Source: Dehalococcoidia bacterium
Lineage (GTDB): Bacteria > Chloroflexota > Dehalococcoidia > Lucifugimonadales > UBA3495
Length of the DNA stretch: 64,000 nucleotides
Assembly: GCA_963664625.1 (NCBI GenBank)
Contig: OY761541.1
Span: forward strand, 1,410,204 to 1,474,203
Direction of reading: 5' to 3'
A program made the translations under genes and the position numbers. Below are positions 9,320-18,157 of this stretch, in pieces (the first letter of the stretch is position 1; each line of letters begins with the position of its first letter). The notes beneath the pieces were generated by a model that made no database searches, was not told where the DNA came from, and saw nothing but the letters and a program-made list of their open reading frames with translations.

Positions 9320-9916
9320 TTAAGCGGTTATCCGGCCTATTGTGACATTCACCAACTTGGCAGGAAACCCCGCCTCCAATTCTTCGTCCAGTGCCGCTTG
9401 CGTCCGTCGCCTCGCGTCCAGGATTTCACACTGCAACCACCCGGTAATAGCCTCTTTGATGTTCACCAAGGCTTCTTCTTCACTGTCTCCCTGGGAAAAG
9501 CAGCCCCGTAGAGCCGGACATGCTACCGAGTAACCCTCTTCGGAATAAGTCAGGACCACGGAGTAAGTCATTTCGGCATCCGGAAATTCAACCCCCACCA
9601 GTTTGTCGGACACCCAACGCTTATCCTCGCTCCCTGAGATGTCAATGGGGACCACTTGGAAGCTATGGGCTTGGTGAGTCTTTTCCGACCAATGAACGTC
9701 GAAATAAGCAGGCCCACCGGTCTGAAGCCGGAAAGCTCGGCCATTCAGCGATTCCAGCAATTTGCTCACCAGAGAATCCAGGTCCAGGCGAGCGGTGCTG
9801 GTGATTCCCATTTCCTCGATCAATAAGGCCATAGCTTCATCGGAAATCTGGGTGGAGCGGAACTCTTCGTCGCCAAACTCAGCGTAAAGAAGTCGCGCTA
9901 CCTTGGTCTTGTCCAT
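9320..9916 (-). CDS. HicB-like antitoxin domain fused to an unknown N-terminal domain
   Basis: The C-terminal YSVVLTYSEEGYSVACPALRGCFSQGDSEEEALVNIKEAITGWL matches the HicB/UPF0150 fold. No hicA lies nearby. Confidence 0.55.
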   Translation of the reverse strand: MDKTKVARLLYAEFGDEEFRSTQISDEAMALLIEEMGITSTARLDLDSLVSKLLESLNGRAFRLQTGGPAYFDVHWSEKTHQAHSFQVVPIDISGSEDKRWVSDKLVGVEFPDAEMTYSVVLTYSEEGYSVACPALRGCFSQGDSEEEALVNIKEAITGWLQCEILDARRRTQAALDEELEAGFPAKLVNVTIGRITA

Positions 9917-9948
9917 AAGTCCTCCTGGTAACGGCCAGCAACGATCCC

Positions 9949-11499
9949 CTACCGCCCCTCCTTAATCCAGTCCGCCACCCGCTCCGCAATCATCAGCGTG
10001 GTGGCGTTGGTGTTGGCCCGGATTACGTCGGGCATCACCGAGGCGTCCACGACCCGCAGACCCTCAAGCCCGTGGACGTGGCAGTACTGGTCGACCACCG
10101 CCATGGGGTCCTCCGCAACACCCATCTTGCAGGTGCCGGATATGTGATGCTGGGTGTAAGCGTTCCTCAGCATCCAATTGTCCAGGTTGTCGTCCGAGGC
10201 GAAGTCCTCGTCGGTGGGACTCAATCGCTCTACGATCATGTCGCTGAAGGGCGGATTCTCGGATATTCGGACGGCCAGCCGCAAGGCCTCCCTCATCCGC
10301 TGCCGGTCGTAGGGATCGGACAGGTAGTCGTAGTTGAAGTAAGGCTGGACGTGGGGATCGGTGGACTGGAGCCGCAGTTCTCCGGCGGAAACGGCGTTCT
10401 GCAAAGCGCAGGTCAGGCCGAAGTGAAAATCGTCCCCTTCGATTGCTACAGTGGACGGCCGGTGCTCACTGCTCATCAGGATTGGGCTCATCTGGAAGTC
10501 GCCCCGCGTCGGTGAGCCCTCGTTGCTGAACCTCAGGCACGCCTGGATGTTGGGCGCCTCCGGGTCAAGAGCCTTGCCGACACCCTTGAACAGGACGAAC
10601 ACTGCCGGGTGGTCCCGCAGGTTCTGGCCGACGCCCGGCATTTCGTGGACCAGTCCGATGCCCATCGACTCAAGGTGTTCCCGGGGGCCGACCCCGGAAA
10701 GCATCAACAACTGGGGAGAGGCCACGGCGCCGCAACTGACGATTATCTGGTCGCCTTGCACCGCGAAGGTCTCTCCCCCGCTGTCGGCCTCTATCCCCAC
10801 CGCCCGGTTCCCTTCGAACAGGATGCGCCGCGCCGTCACGTTGCCCCTGACGGTCACGTTCAACCGGTGCCGCGCCATGTTGAGGTAAGTCAGGGCGGCG
10901 CTCATCCGCACCCCGTTGATGTTGTTCAACGGGCGCGCGGCTACGCCGGTAGAGTCCGGATGGTTCTGGTCCGGGTCTTCGGGGAATCCCATCCGGGCGC
11001 AAGCGTCATAAAATGCCCCGAAAGCGGGTATCATCTCCTCCCGCTTGTACCGCCGGATCGGGATGGGACCGTCGTTGCCATGAAAGTCCCCTCCGGGAAA
11101 GTCCAGGTCGTTCTCCAGCTTCCTGAAATAAGGGAGAACACTGGTGAAGCCCCACTCGGTGTTGCCCCATTCTGCCCAGTTGTCGTAGTCATCGGGAACG
11201 CCGCGGAACATGACCTGCCCGTTGATGGCGCTGGACCCGCCTGTGGCCCGGCCCCGGGGGATGATGACCGGGTTTGGTTGAAGGGGCGTTGCGGTGGCCT
11301 CGTAGTTCCAGCTATGCGGCCCGTAGGCCGACCGCCACATGTTGTTGCCGTTCTTCAGGTCTATGGGCAACTGCTCGAAGTCCGGATAGTCCGGCCCCGC
11401 CTCCAGCAACAGTATGGACTTGCTGTGGTCTTCGGAAAGCCGCGTCGCCAGCACGCAGCCCGCCGAACCTGACCCGACGATGATGTAGTCGTATTTCAT
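9949..11499 (-). CDS. GMC family FAD oxidoreductase (choline dehydrogenase-like)
   Basis: MKYDYIIVGSGSAGCVLATRLSED Rossmann start and a C-terminal HHISGTCKMG...VVDASVMP motif. Start at ATG 11499; the ORF-track 5' extension is discarded. Confidence 0.85.
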   Translation of the reverse strand: MKYDYIIVGSGSAGCVLATRLSEDHSKSILLLEAGPDYPDFEQLPIDLKNGNNMWRSAYGPHSWNYEATATPLQPNPVIIPRGRATGGSSAINGQVMFRGVPDDYDNWAEWGNTEWGFTSVLPYFRKLENDLDFPGGDFHGNDGPIPIRRYKREEMIPAFGAFYDACARMGFPEDPDQNHPDSTGVAARPLNNINGVRMSAALTYLNMARHRLNVTVRGNVTARRILFEGNRAVGIEADSGGETFAVQGDQIIVSCGAVASPQLLMLSGVGPREHLESMGIGLVHEMPGVGQNLRDHPAVFVLFKGVGKALDPEAPNIQACLRFSNEGSPTRGDFQMSPILMSSEHRPSTVAIEGDDFHFGLTCALQNAVSAGELRLQSTDPHVQPYFNYDYLSDPYDRQRMREALRLAVRISENPPFSDMIVERLSPTDEDFASDDNLDNWMLRNAYTQHHISGTCKMGVAEDPMAVVDQYCHVHGLEGLRVVDASVMPDVIRANTNATTLMIAERVADWIKEGR

Positions 11500-11761
11500 A
11501 AGAAACCTCTGTAAGCCGTTTCCAATAGCAACCGGAACGCGTACCTGAATCAGGTGTACTTGGCACGAGTTCAACACCTGCCGCCCGCAGCGCCTCAGGC
11601 GGTTATATGTTGCCATTCGGCATCGATTTTCGCAACAAACCGAACTCAGGCACATCGGCTCCACATTACGTCGATCCGTCATTATGATCGCCATGTGACA
11701 TGTCATACCTGAATGGACACCGCACGGCAACGACAAATATAATCGTTCCAGAGGTGCAACG

Positions 11762-13672
11762 ATGACTGATGCAGTGGCAAACCTTGAAGAGGTGACTTTC
11801 GAGGAGTTCTGTGAAGAGTGGCTACGAGAATTCACGGAAGGCGATCTTTCACCGTTTGAGAAAGGTCAGCAGTTCGCCATCAAGCTGGTTACCCAATGGC
11901 TTGGCGTAACCGAAGACGACGAAGACTTGGTGTTGTGCGACGGAAGCGGTGATGGCGGCATCGACATCGCGTACCTGCGCCGGGCGGACATTGATGGTGT
12001 TGAACAGGAAGGTCAGGCAGCAGAAGGAGATACATGGTATCTGATTCAAAGCAAATACGGGACGGCCTTCCAAGGTCAAGAGATCATCGTCAATGAAGGG
12101 CGTAAAGTTATAACCACGCTGGCGGGTGAAAACACCCGTCTCTCTGAACACGTGAGTCAGCTATTGGGGCGCTTGAATACCTTCAGGCAACAGGCATCAG
12201 AACGAGACCGCATCATTCTGGTGTTCGCTACCGACCGGCCCATGACAGAGTCGGACCGGCAGGCGTTGAATGATGTCCGCTCCATTGGAAGGGAGCGGTT
12301 TCCTAATATATTTGATGTTGAGGACATATCTCTGCAAACGATTTGGGAGGCTAGGGATACCGTAGACCAAACGAGTATCTCTTTGCCCATCGTTGGCAAT
12401 TTTGTCGATCCAAACGCTGGGCTGCGCGTGGGCACGATTCCATTGACTGATCTATACCAGTTCTTAAAAGCTTACCGGGACAAAACCGGGAACCTTGATC
12501 AACTATACGAAAAGAATGTGCGCCAGTTCCTGGGGAGCCGCAGGAAAATCAACAGGGGGATTGCGGAAACACTGAACGAAAGGCCGGAAATGTTTGGCTT
12601 GTACAACAATGGAATAACTATCGTTGTGTCCGATTACTCCACTAAACCGGATGGTTCATGCTTGTTGCATGACCCGTATGTTGTCAATGGTTGCCAGACT
12701 ACCAAAACGATTTGGCAAGTGCTAGCCCAGAAGCTTGAAGCAGGTGGCACCGGCAAAAGCGAAGTATTGGAGAAATGGCGGGCACGTGCCGACCGTGGGG
12801 TAGTCGTAACCAAGATAGTCAAAAGCAACAACGCTGAGATTACGGAGATCACTAAGTTCACGAATTCACAAAATGCAGTGCGGGACCAAGACTTCATAGC
12901 ATTGCGCGACGATTTCAGAACTTGGGCAACCTCCATGGCTGATCGTTATGGAATATTCCTTGAAATTCAGAGAGGTAGTTGGGAGGCGCAAAAGGTATAT
13001 CAGAAAGCCCATCCGAACTCTCCGGCCTTTGCAGAATCTGTCAATGCCTTTGATCTCATCAAGGTTCTGGGAGCCGGATGGCAAGGAGAACCAGGACTAG
13101 CTTTTAACAAGAACGCGCCTTTCTTACCGGGAGGAACCGTTTTCAGAACCATCACGAACCGTGACGAAAATGATGAGCCGTTTGGTGCTGCGGACCTTTA
13201 CTCTGCCTATAAAATGAAGGTTGCTGCTGATGGTTTAGGGTTTGGCAGGTCTGCGCCTCAGATTCCCAGACGACAAACCAGATTCCTCTTCTATTATGTA
13301 ACGTTAAGATTGCTGTGGGGCATATTGGTGGCACGTCAGCTATCCACATCCCCAGGCGCATTGACTAAAGCTCTCTTGGTGCTCGCCGAACCGAACCACC
13401 AAGAGGTATTCTCACGGCTATTGGAAGATGGGGCTAATTTAGTCGATGACTACTTAACTGCCGGGTCTGAACTGTGTGCACACAAAGAACCTGCTTACAA
13501 CAACGACTTCAACCAAGATATGAACGGATTTTTGAAATGGGAAAGACTGGGTAAGGGTGACCATACGCCTATTCTCACTCAGTTGATTGGAGACTACCAA
13601 AGAGACTCCAGACGGACTCGGGGCGGTAATCCATCTCTAGCCGATTCAGTATATTTGGTTCTCGGCAGCTAA
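11762..13672 (+). CDS. AIPR family abortive-infection protein
   Basis: 636 aa with CDGSGDGGIDIAYL, WYLIQSKYG, LYNNGITIVV and VVNGCQTTKTI, which are characteristic of the AIPR (abortive infection phage resistance) family. The gene is AT-richer than its neighbours. Confidence 0.7.
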   Translation: MTDAVANLEEVTFEEFCEEWLREFTEGDLSPFEKGQQFAIKLVTQWLGVTEDDEDLVLCDGSGDGGIDIAYLRRADIDGVEQEGQAAEGDTWYLIQSKYGTAFQGQEIIVNEGRKVITTLAGENTRLSEHVSQLLGRLNTFRQQASERDRIILVFATDRPMTESDRQALNDVRSIGRERFPNIFDVEDISLQTIWEARDTVDQTSISLPIVGNFVDPNAGLRVGTIPLTDLYQFLKAYRDKTGNLDQLYEKNVRQFLGSRRKINRGIAETLNERPEMFGLYNNGITIVVSDYSTKPDGSCLLHDPYVVNGCQTTKTIWQVLAQKLEAGGTGKSEVLEKWRARADRGVVVTKIVKSNNAEITEITKFTNSQNAVRDQDFIALRDDFRTWATSMADRYGIFLEIQRGSWEAQKVYQKAHPNSPAFAESVNAFDLIKVLGAGWQGEPGLAFNKNAPFLPGGTVFRTITNRDENDEPFGAADLYSAYKMKVAADGLGFGRSAPQIPRRQTRFLFYYVTLRLLWGILVARQLSTSPGALTKALLVLAEPNHQEVFSRLLEDGANLVDDYLTAGSELCAHKEPAYNNDFNQDMNGFLKWERLGKGDHTPILTQLIGDYQRDSRRTRGGNPSLADSVYLVLGS

Positions 13673-13759
13673 TACTCAATTAGATGACTTGGCCCTATCT
13701 AGTGCCTTCTTCCGCCATACCAGCGGAAACCATCCAACTCAGCCAACTCGAGGTGCATT

Positions 13760-15412
13760 ATGCCGGAAATGACCGGCGCCCAAGCATTAGTCCGGTCGTT
13801 GGCCCGCAACGGCGTGGAGGTGGTGTTCGCCCTCCCCGGCGTACAGATTATGGACGCCTTCGACGCCATCTACCAAGAACCGGGCATACGCTTGATTACC
13901 GCCCGCCACGAGCAGGCCGTGGCCTACATGGCCGACGGCTACGCCCGCACCACCGGCAAGCCGGGAGTGGGGCTGGTTGTGCCCGGCCCGGGAGCCCTCA
14001 ACACCACTGCCGCCCTGGGCACCGCCTACGCCACCTCGTCGCCGGTGCTGCTGGTGTGCGGGCAGATAGAGACCTATAACCTGGGCAAGAACCGGGGCGC
14101 CCTGCACGAGATCGGCGAGCAACTGGACGTTTTCGAACATCTCACCAAGTGGCGTCACCGCGCCGAAGCGGTGGAGGCAATACCGGAGATGGTCCAGACG
14201 GCCTTCCAGCACCTCGGCACCGGCAGGCCCAGGCCTGTGGAAATCGAAGTGCCTTGGGACGTGCTCCCCTCCAAGGCGACCGCGGAACTGCTGGAGAGCG
14301 AAGTTTACGCCAAGACGCCGCCGGAACCCGAACAGGTCCGCGAAGCGGCCCAACTGCTGTCCCAAGCCCGCCGCCCGGTCATCTGGGCCGGCGGCGGAGC
14401 CCGCGAGGCCGACTTGTCCGACGAGCTTCTGGAACTGGCCCGGACGCTCAACGCCCCGGTGATCACCACTCCTCAGGGAAAGGGAGCTATACCGGAGGAT
14501 GACCCGCTGTCCGTCGGCTGCTTTTACTACGCCCACGGCCCCGGCTACCTGACGCTCCCCCAAGCCGACGTAATCCTGGCCGTGGGCAGCCGCTTGCTTA
14601 TCACTCCCAACGTTCCTTGGACGATCCAACCCCATCAAAAACTGGTCCAGATAGACGCAGACCCCGAAGAGGTGGGGCGGAACTTCGAGCCGGCGGTGGG
14701 TATGACCGCCGACGGCCGCTTGGGTGTCCAAGCATTGCTGGATGAGTTGAAGGACCACTCACGGAACAGCGAATGGACGCCAAGCGAGGTCGCGTCCATC
14801 CGGCAGCAGTCCGACCAGACAATCCGGGAAATGGCCCCTACCCAAGTGGGGATAATAGAAGACATCCGCAAGGAATTGGATGACGATGCCATCGTCGTCA
14901 GCGGCGTAACCAACATTGGCTATTGGAGCAACCTGGCCCTGCCGGTACTGAAACCCAGATCTTACTTGACCTCGAGCTACTTCGCTACGTTGGGATTCGC
15001 CTTTCCTACTGCGCTTGGCGCAAAGGTGGGCAACCCTCATCGGCAGGTAGTCGCCATTACCGGGGATGGCGGATTCGGCTATGCCGCCGGCGAGTTGGCC
15101 ACGGCGGTGCAGGAAGGCATCAACGTGGTGACCCTGGTGTTCAATAACGAGATGCTGGGGGCGTCCCTCATGGAACAGCGCAACCGGCTGGAAGGCAGGA
15201 TCATCGGCACCCAGCTTCACAACCCGGACTTCGCCCAATTGGCCGAGGTCTACGGGGCTATGGGCATCAAGCTGACCAGCCACGACGAAGTGGGAGACGC
15301 GCTCAAGACCGCTCTCAAAGCGGACCGGCCGGTGGTCATAGAGGTGCCGGTCCCTAACCTGTTGCCCCCATTCCAGATTCCCCCGCCCACCGGTCAGGAG
15401 ACGCCCGCGTAA
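13760..15412 (+). CDS. thiamine pyrophosphate-binding enzyme (AHAS-like paralogue)
   Basis: HEQAVAYMADGYARTTGKPGVGLVVPGPGALN and ITGDGGFGYAAGELATA are TPP-fold motifs. Confidence 0.8.
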   Translation: MPEMTGAQALVRSLARNGVEVVFALPGVQIMDAFDAIYQEPGIRLITARHEQAVAYMADGYARTTGKPGVGLVVPGPGALNTTAALGTAYATSSPVLLVCGQIETYNLGKNRGALHEIGEQLDVFEHLTKWRHRAEAVEAIPEMVQTAFQHLGTGRPRPVEIEVPWDVLPSKATAELLESEVYAKTPPEPEQVREAAQLLSQARRPVIWAGGGAREADLSDELLELARTLNAPVITTPQGKGAIPEDDPLSVGCFYYAHGPGYLTLPQADVILAVGSRLLITPNVPWTIQPHQKLVQIDADPEEVGRNFEPAVGMTADGRLGVQALLDELKDHSRNSEWTPSEVASIRQQSDQTIREMAPTQVGIIEDIRKELDDDAIVVSGVTNIGYWSNLALPVLKPRSYLTSSYFATLGFAFPTALGAKVGNPHRQVVAITGDGGFGYAAGELATAVQEGINVVTLVFNNEMLGASLMEQRNRLEGRIIGTQLHNPDFAQLAEVYGAMGIKLTSHDEVGDALKTALKADRPVVIEVPVPNLLPPFQIPPPTGQETPA

Positions 15413-15804
15413 TGGCTGTCGACGCATCCCGCATACGGCGTTACCGCATCCAGAGCTTTCGTTTGCTCGACGACGCCTTGGGACAGATGCGCGGCGGCAA
15501 ATGGGCCCGCTCCGAGGACCTGCTCTGGGGCAGCCTCACCTTGGCCGTCAAGGCCGTCGCCCTCAGCAGGGGGCACGACCTGGACAACGACGAAGCCGTC
15601 CGCAGCTATGCCGCCCAACTGGGCCGGGAACACCGCGACCGCCGAATCCGGGACGCCTTCGAGAAGTTGGCCTCTTTCGGCGAATCGGTGCAACTAATCA
15701 GGGAGTCCCGTTCCCGCATCGACCGGCTGTTCCCTATACTGGACGATGTAACTTCCGCCGTCGAACGACTCTGGGACATGGTGCCGACGAATGACCGAGA
15801 TTAA
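15412..15804 (+). CDS. PaREP1/HEPN-like small protein
   Basis: ARSEDLLWGSLTLAVKAVALSRGHDL resembles the PaREP1 core (ASEKAWGAAA..VKAVA). Paralogue of 45340-45846. Its ATG overlaps the upstream stop (TAATG). Confidence 0.4.
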   Translation: MAVDASRIRRYRIQSFRLLDDALGQMRGGKWARSEDLLWGSLTLAVKAVALSRGHDLDNDEAVRSYAAQLGREHRDRRIRDAFEKLASFGESVQLIRESRSRIDRLFPILDDVTSAVERLWDMVPTNDRD

Positions 15805-15862
15805 CCCAACCCTTCAAACGGACGGGTTGGACTTCCCAGCCACAGACGCATCCATCCCTAGG

Positions 15863-17212
15863 ATGGACAAGCAACCCACCGTAGCCATAAGGACCCACGG
15901 CTGCAAACTGAACCAAGCCGACAGCGACCTGCTGGCCCGGCAGTTCATGGAATCCGGCTACCGCATCGTATCTTCCACCGCCGAAGCCGACGTTTTCATC
16001 CTGAACACCTGTACCGTCACCGCCAACGCTGACGCCAAGGCCCGCCAAGCCCTGCGCGCAGCCAAGAAAGCCAACCCTCAAGCGGTGGTGGTAGCCACTG
16101 GCTGCTACGCCCAGTGGTCAGCCCAGCAGTTGGAGAAAATCGAGGGCGTGTCGCTCGTGGTGGGCAACACCGGCAAGGAACAACTGCCGTCGATGGTCAC
16201 TGGCTTGCTTGAGCAAGGGCAACCGACTGACGCAACTATCTTGCCAGACACCGCGCCGGTGCGTCATTCCCGCGAAAGCGGGAATCCACAACCCGCACCC
16301 AGTCCGGTCAATCTCCCCTTCGCCGCCGGGCGACACCGGGCCATGGTCAAGATACAAGAGGGCTGCAACCAAGTCTGCGCCTACTGCATCGTGCCCAAAG
16401 TCCGGGGCCGTGAGCGCAGCATCCCTCCCGAGACGCTGGTGTCCCAGATTAACCAGCGCGTGGAAGAGGGCTTCCGGGAAGTGGTGCTGACCGGAACCCA
16501 ACTGGGGACTTACGGCTTCGACCTTCCTGATATAACCCTCACCCGGCTACTGGAACGCATTCTCGCCGGGACTGGCGTCGACAGGCTGCGGGTATCATCC
16601 CTTCAAGCCCATGAGATAGACCCGCCCTTGCTGGAGTTGTGGCAGGACCCGCGCATGTGCCCCCACTTTCACATTCCATTGCAGAGCGGTAGCGACACCG
16701 TGCTGGAACGTATGCGGCGCCGTTACACCACCGGCCGGTTCGCCGACAACGTTGCATTGGTCAGGGAATTCGTCCCGGGCTGCGCGGTGACCACCGACGT
16801 CATCGTAGGGTTTCCCGGAGAAGGCCCCAACGAATACGCTGAAAGCCTCTCCTTTGCCCAAGCAATGGAATTTGCGGACATGCACATCTTTCCCTACTCC
16901 TCACGGCCGGGCACCACCGCGGCCCACTTCGTTGACGACCTGCCGCCGTGGGAGAAGAAGGACAGGGTTGGCCGAATGATGGAAGTTGCCGAGCGTGGCT
17001 TCCGGGCCTTTCGCACCCGCCAGTTGGGGCGTACCCGCCCGGTACTCTGGGAATCGAAGCGCGTGGATGACGGCGGGATAACCTGGCAGGGCCTGACTGA
17101 CAACTACATCCGCGTTTACGGAAAGACGGACCGGGACTTGAGCAACTCCATTTCGATGGCTCAGCTTACGGAACTGGACCGGCGGGAGGTCGCCGTTCAA
17201 CCTCTTTTGTAG
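15863..17212 (+). CDS. mtaB: tRNA t6A37 methylthiotransferase MtaB (radical SAM)
   Basis: VAIRTHGCKLNQADS, ILNTCTVT and QEGCNQVCAYCIVPKVRG are methylthiotransferase/radical-SAM motifs. An alternative upstream ATG at 15791 is possible. Contains an in-frame REP-A copy. Confidence 0.8.
   Translation: MDKQPTVAIRTHGCKLNQADSDLLARQFMESGYRIVSSTAEADVFILNTCTVTANADAKARQALRAAKKANPQAVVVATGCYAQWSAQQLEKIEGVSLVVGNTGKEQLPSMVTGLLEQGQPTDATILPDTAPVRHSRESGNPQPAPSPVNLPFAAGRHRAMVKIQEGCNQVCAYCIVPKVRGRERSIPPETLVSQINQRVEEGFREVVLTGTQLGTYGFDLPDITLTRLLERILAGTGVDRLRVSSLQAHEIDPPLLELWQDPRMCPHFHIPLQSGSDTVLERMRRRYTTGRFADNVALVREFVPGCAVTTDVIVGFPGEGPNEYAESLSFAQAMEFADMHIFPYSSRPGTTAAHFVDDLPPWEKKDRVGRMMEVAERGFRAFRTRQLGRTRPVLWESKRVDDGGITWQGLTDNYIRVYGKTDRDLSNSISMAQLTELDRREVAVQPLL
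16263..16290 (+). repeat. REP-A copy inside the mtaB coding sequence
   Basis: gtcattcccgcgaaagcgggaatccaca is read in frame as (R)HSRESGNPQ, in the linker between the N-terminal and radical-SAM domains. Confidence 0.9.
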
Positions 17213-17252
17213 TCCATCCAACCGGAGCCATCACCCCAATGGGAGCTACACC

Positions 17253-18056
17253 ATGACCACCACTTCACCCGCCATGCTGCCCTACCGGATGGGAGGCCCC
17301 ATCGACTATGCCAGCTTGGACTTCGACCCTGACGTGTCGGAGCACCCGGAAGATGCTATGGACCAGAACGACGAAATGGACGAAATCATGGGCCTGCTCA
17401 GGGCCCGCTTTACCGACTTTGGCAACCGGCCCGATGTTTTTCTCAACCGCGAGACCAACATCTGCTACGACCCCAGTAACCTCAACGTCCGGATTTCCCC
17501 GGATGTCTACTTGGCCTTCGGCATCGACGCCCGGGCCATCAAGCCGCGCAAGCTGTACCTGCCTTGGGAGGTCGGCAAACCGCCGGACTGGGTCCTGGAA
17601 ATCGCGTCCGCAAGCACCGGACAACGGGACGTGGAATACAAGCCCGGTATATATGCCCGGATTGGCGTGCCTGAATACTGGCGGTTCGACCCCAGCGGCG
17701 GAGCCAATCACGGGGCGGCCATATCGGGCCTGTTGCTGACCGGCGGGGGCTACCGGGATGTGGAGTTGACCACCCAACCCGACGGCATCCTCAAGGGGTA
17801 CAGCCCGGTGCTGGGGTTGAGCCTGTGCTGGGACGAGGGTTGGCCCCGGTTCTACGACCCGGCGACCGGGACCTACTTGGAAGGGTGGCGTGAGGCGGCC
17901 GTCGCCCACGCCGCCGCCGAGGCCCAACTGGATGCCGAAACCGCCGCCCGCGCCGCCGCCGAGGCCCAGTTGGATGCCGAAGCCGCCGCCCGCGCTACCG
18001 CCGAGGCCGAGGTGCGCCGGCTACAGGAACAGCTTCGCCGTCTCCAGTCCCAATAG
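17253..18056 (+). CDS. Uma2 family (DUF820) endonuclease-like protein with Ala-rich coiled-coil tail
   Basis: PDVYLAFG...KLYLPWEVGKPPDWVLEIASAST...KPGIYARIGVPEYWRFDP is the Uma2 core. The C-terminal AAAEAQLDAE repeats are encoded by a 42-bp tandem duplication. Confidence 0.8.
   Translation: MTTTSPAMLPYRMGGPIDYASLDFDPDVSEHPEDAMDQNDEMDEIMGLLRARFTDFGNRPDVFLNRETNICYDPSNLNVRISPDVYLAFGIDARAIKPRKLYLPWEVGKPPDWVLEIASASTGQRDVEYKPGIYARIGVPEYWRFDPSGGANHGAAISGLLLTGGGYRDVELTTQPDGILKGYSPVLGLSLCWDEGWPRFYDPATGTYLEGWREAAVAHAAAEAQLDAETAARAAAEAQLDAEAAARATAEAEVRRLQEQLRRLQSQ
17910..17993 (+). repeat. 2 x 42-bp tandem repeat inside the Uma2 gene
   Basis: gccgccgccgaggcccaactggatgccgaaaccgccgcccgc is followed by a near-identical unit. 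Confidence 0.8.
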
Positions 18057-18072
18057 CCGACCACAAAAAAAC

Positions 18073-18107
18073 GGCGGCCCCTCCCTTTCTTTGAGAGACG
18101 GGCCGCC
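18073..18107. terminator. candidate bidirectional terminator between convergent genes
   Basis: ggcggccc (18073-18080) pairs with gggccgcc (18100-18107). It is preceded by aaaaaaa and followed by a T-rich tail. Confidence 0.45.
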
Positions 18108-18157
18108 ATGCTGTTTTCGTCATTCCGGCCCGAGGCCGGAAATACGGTGGGCGGTTG

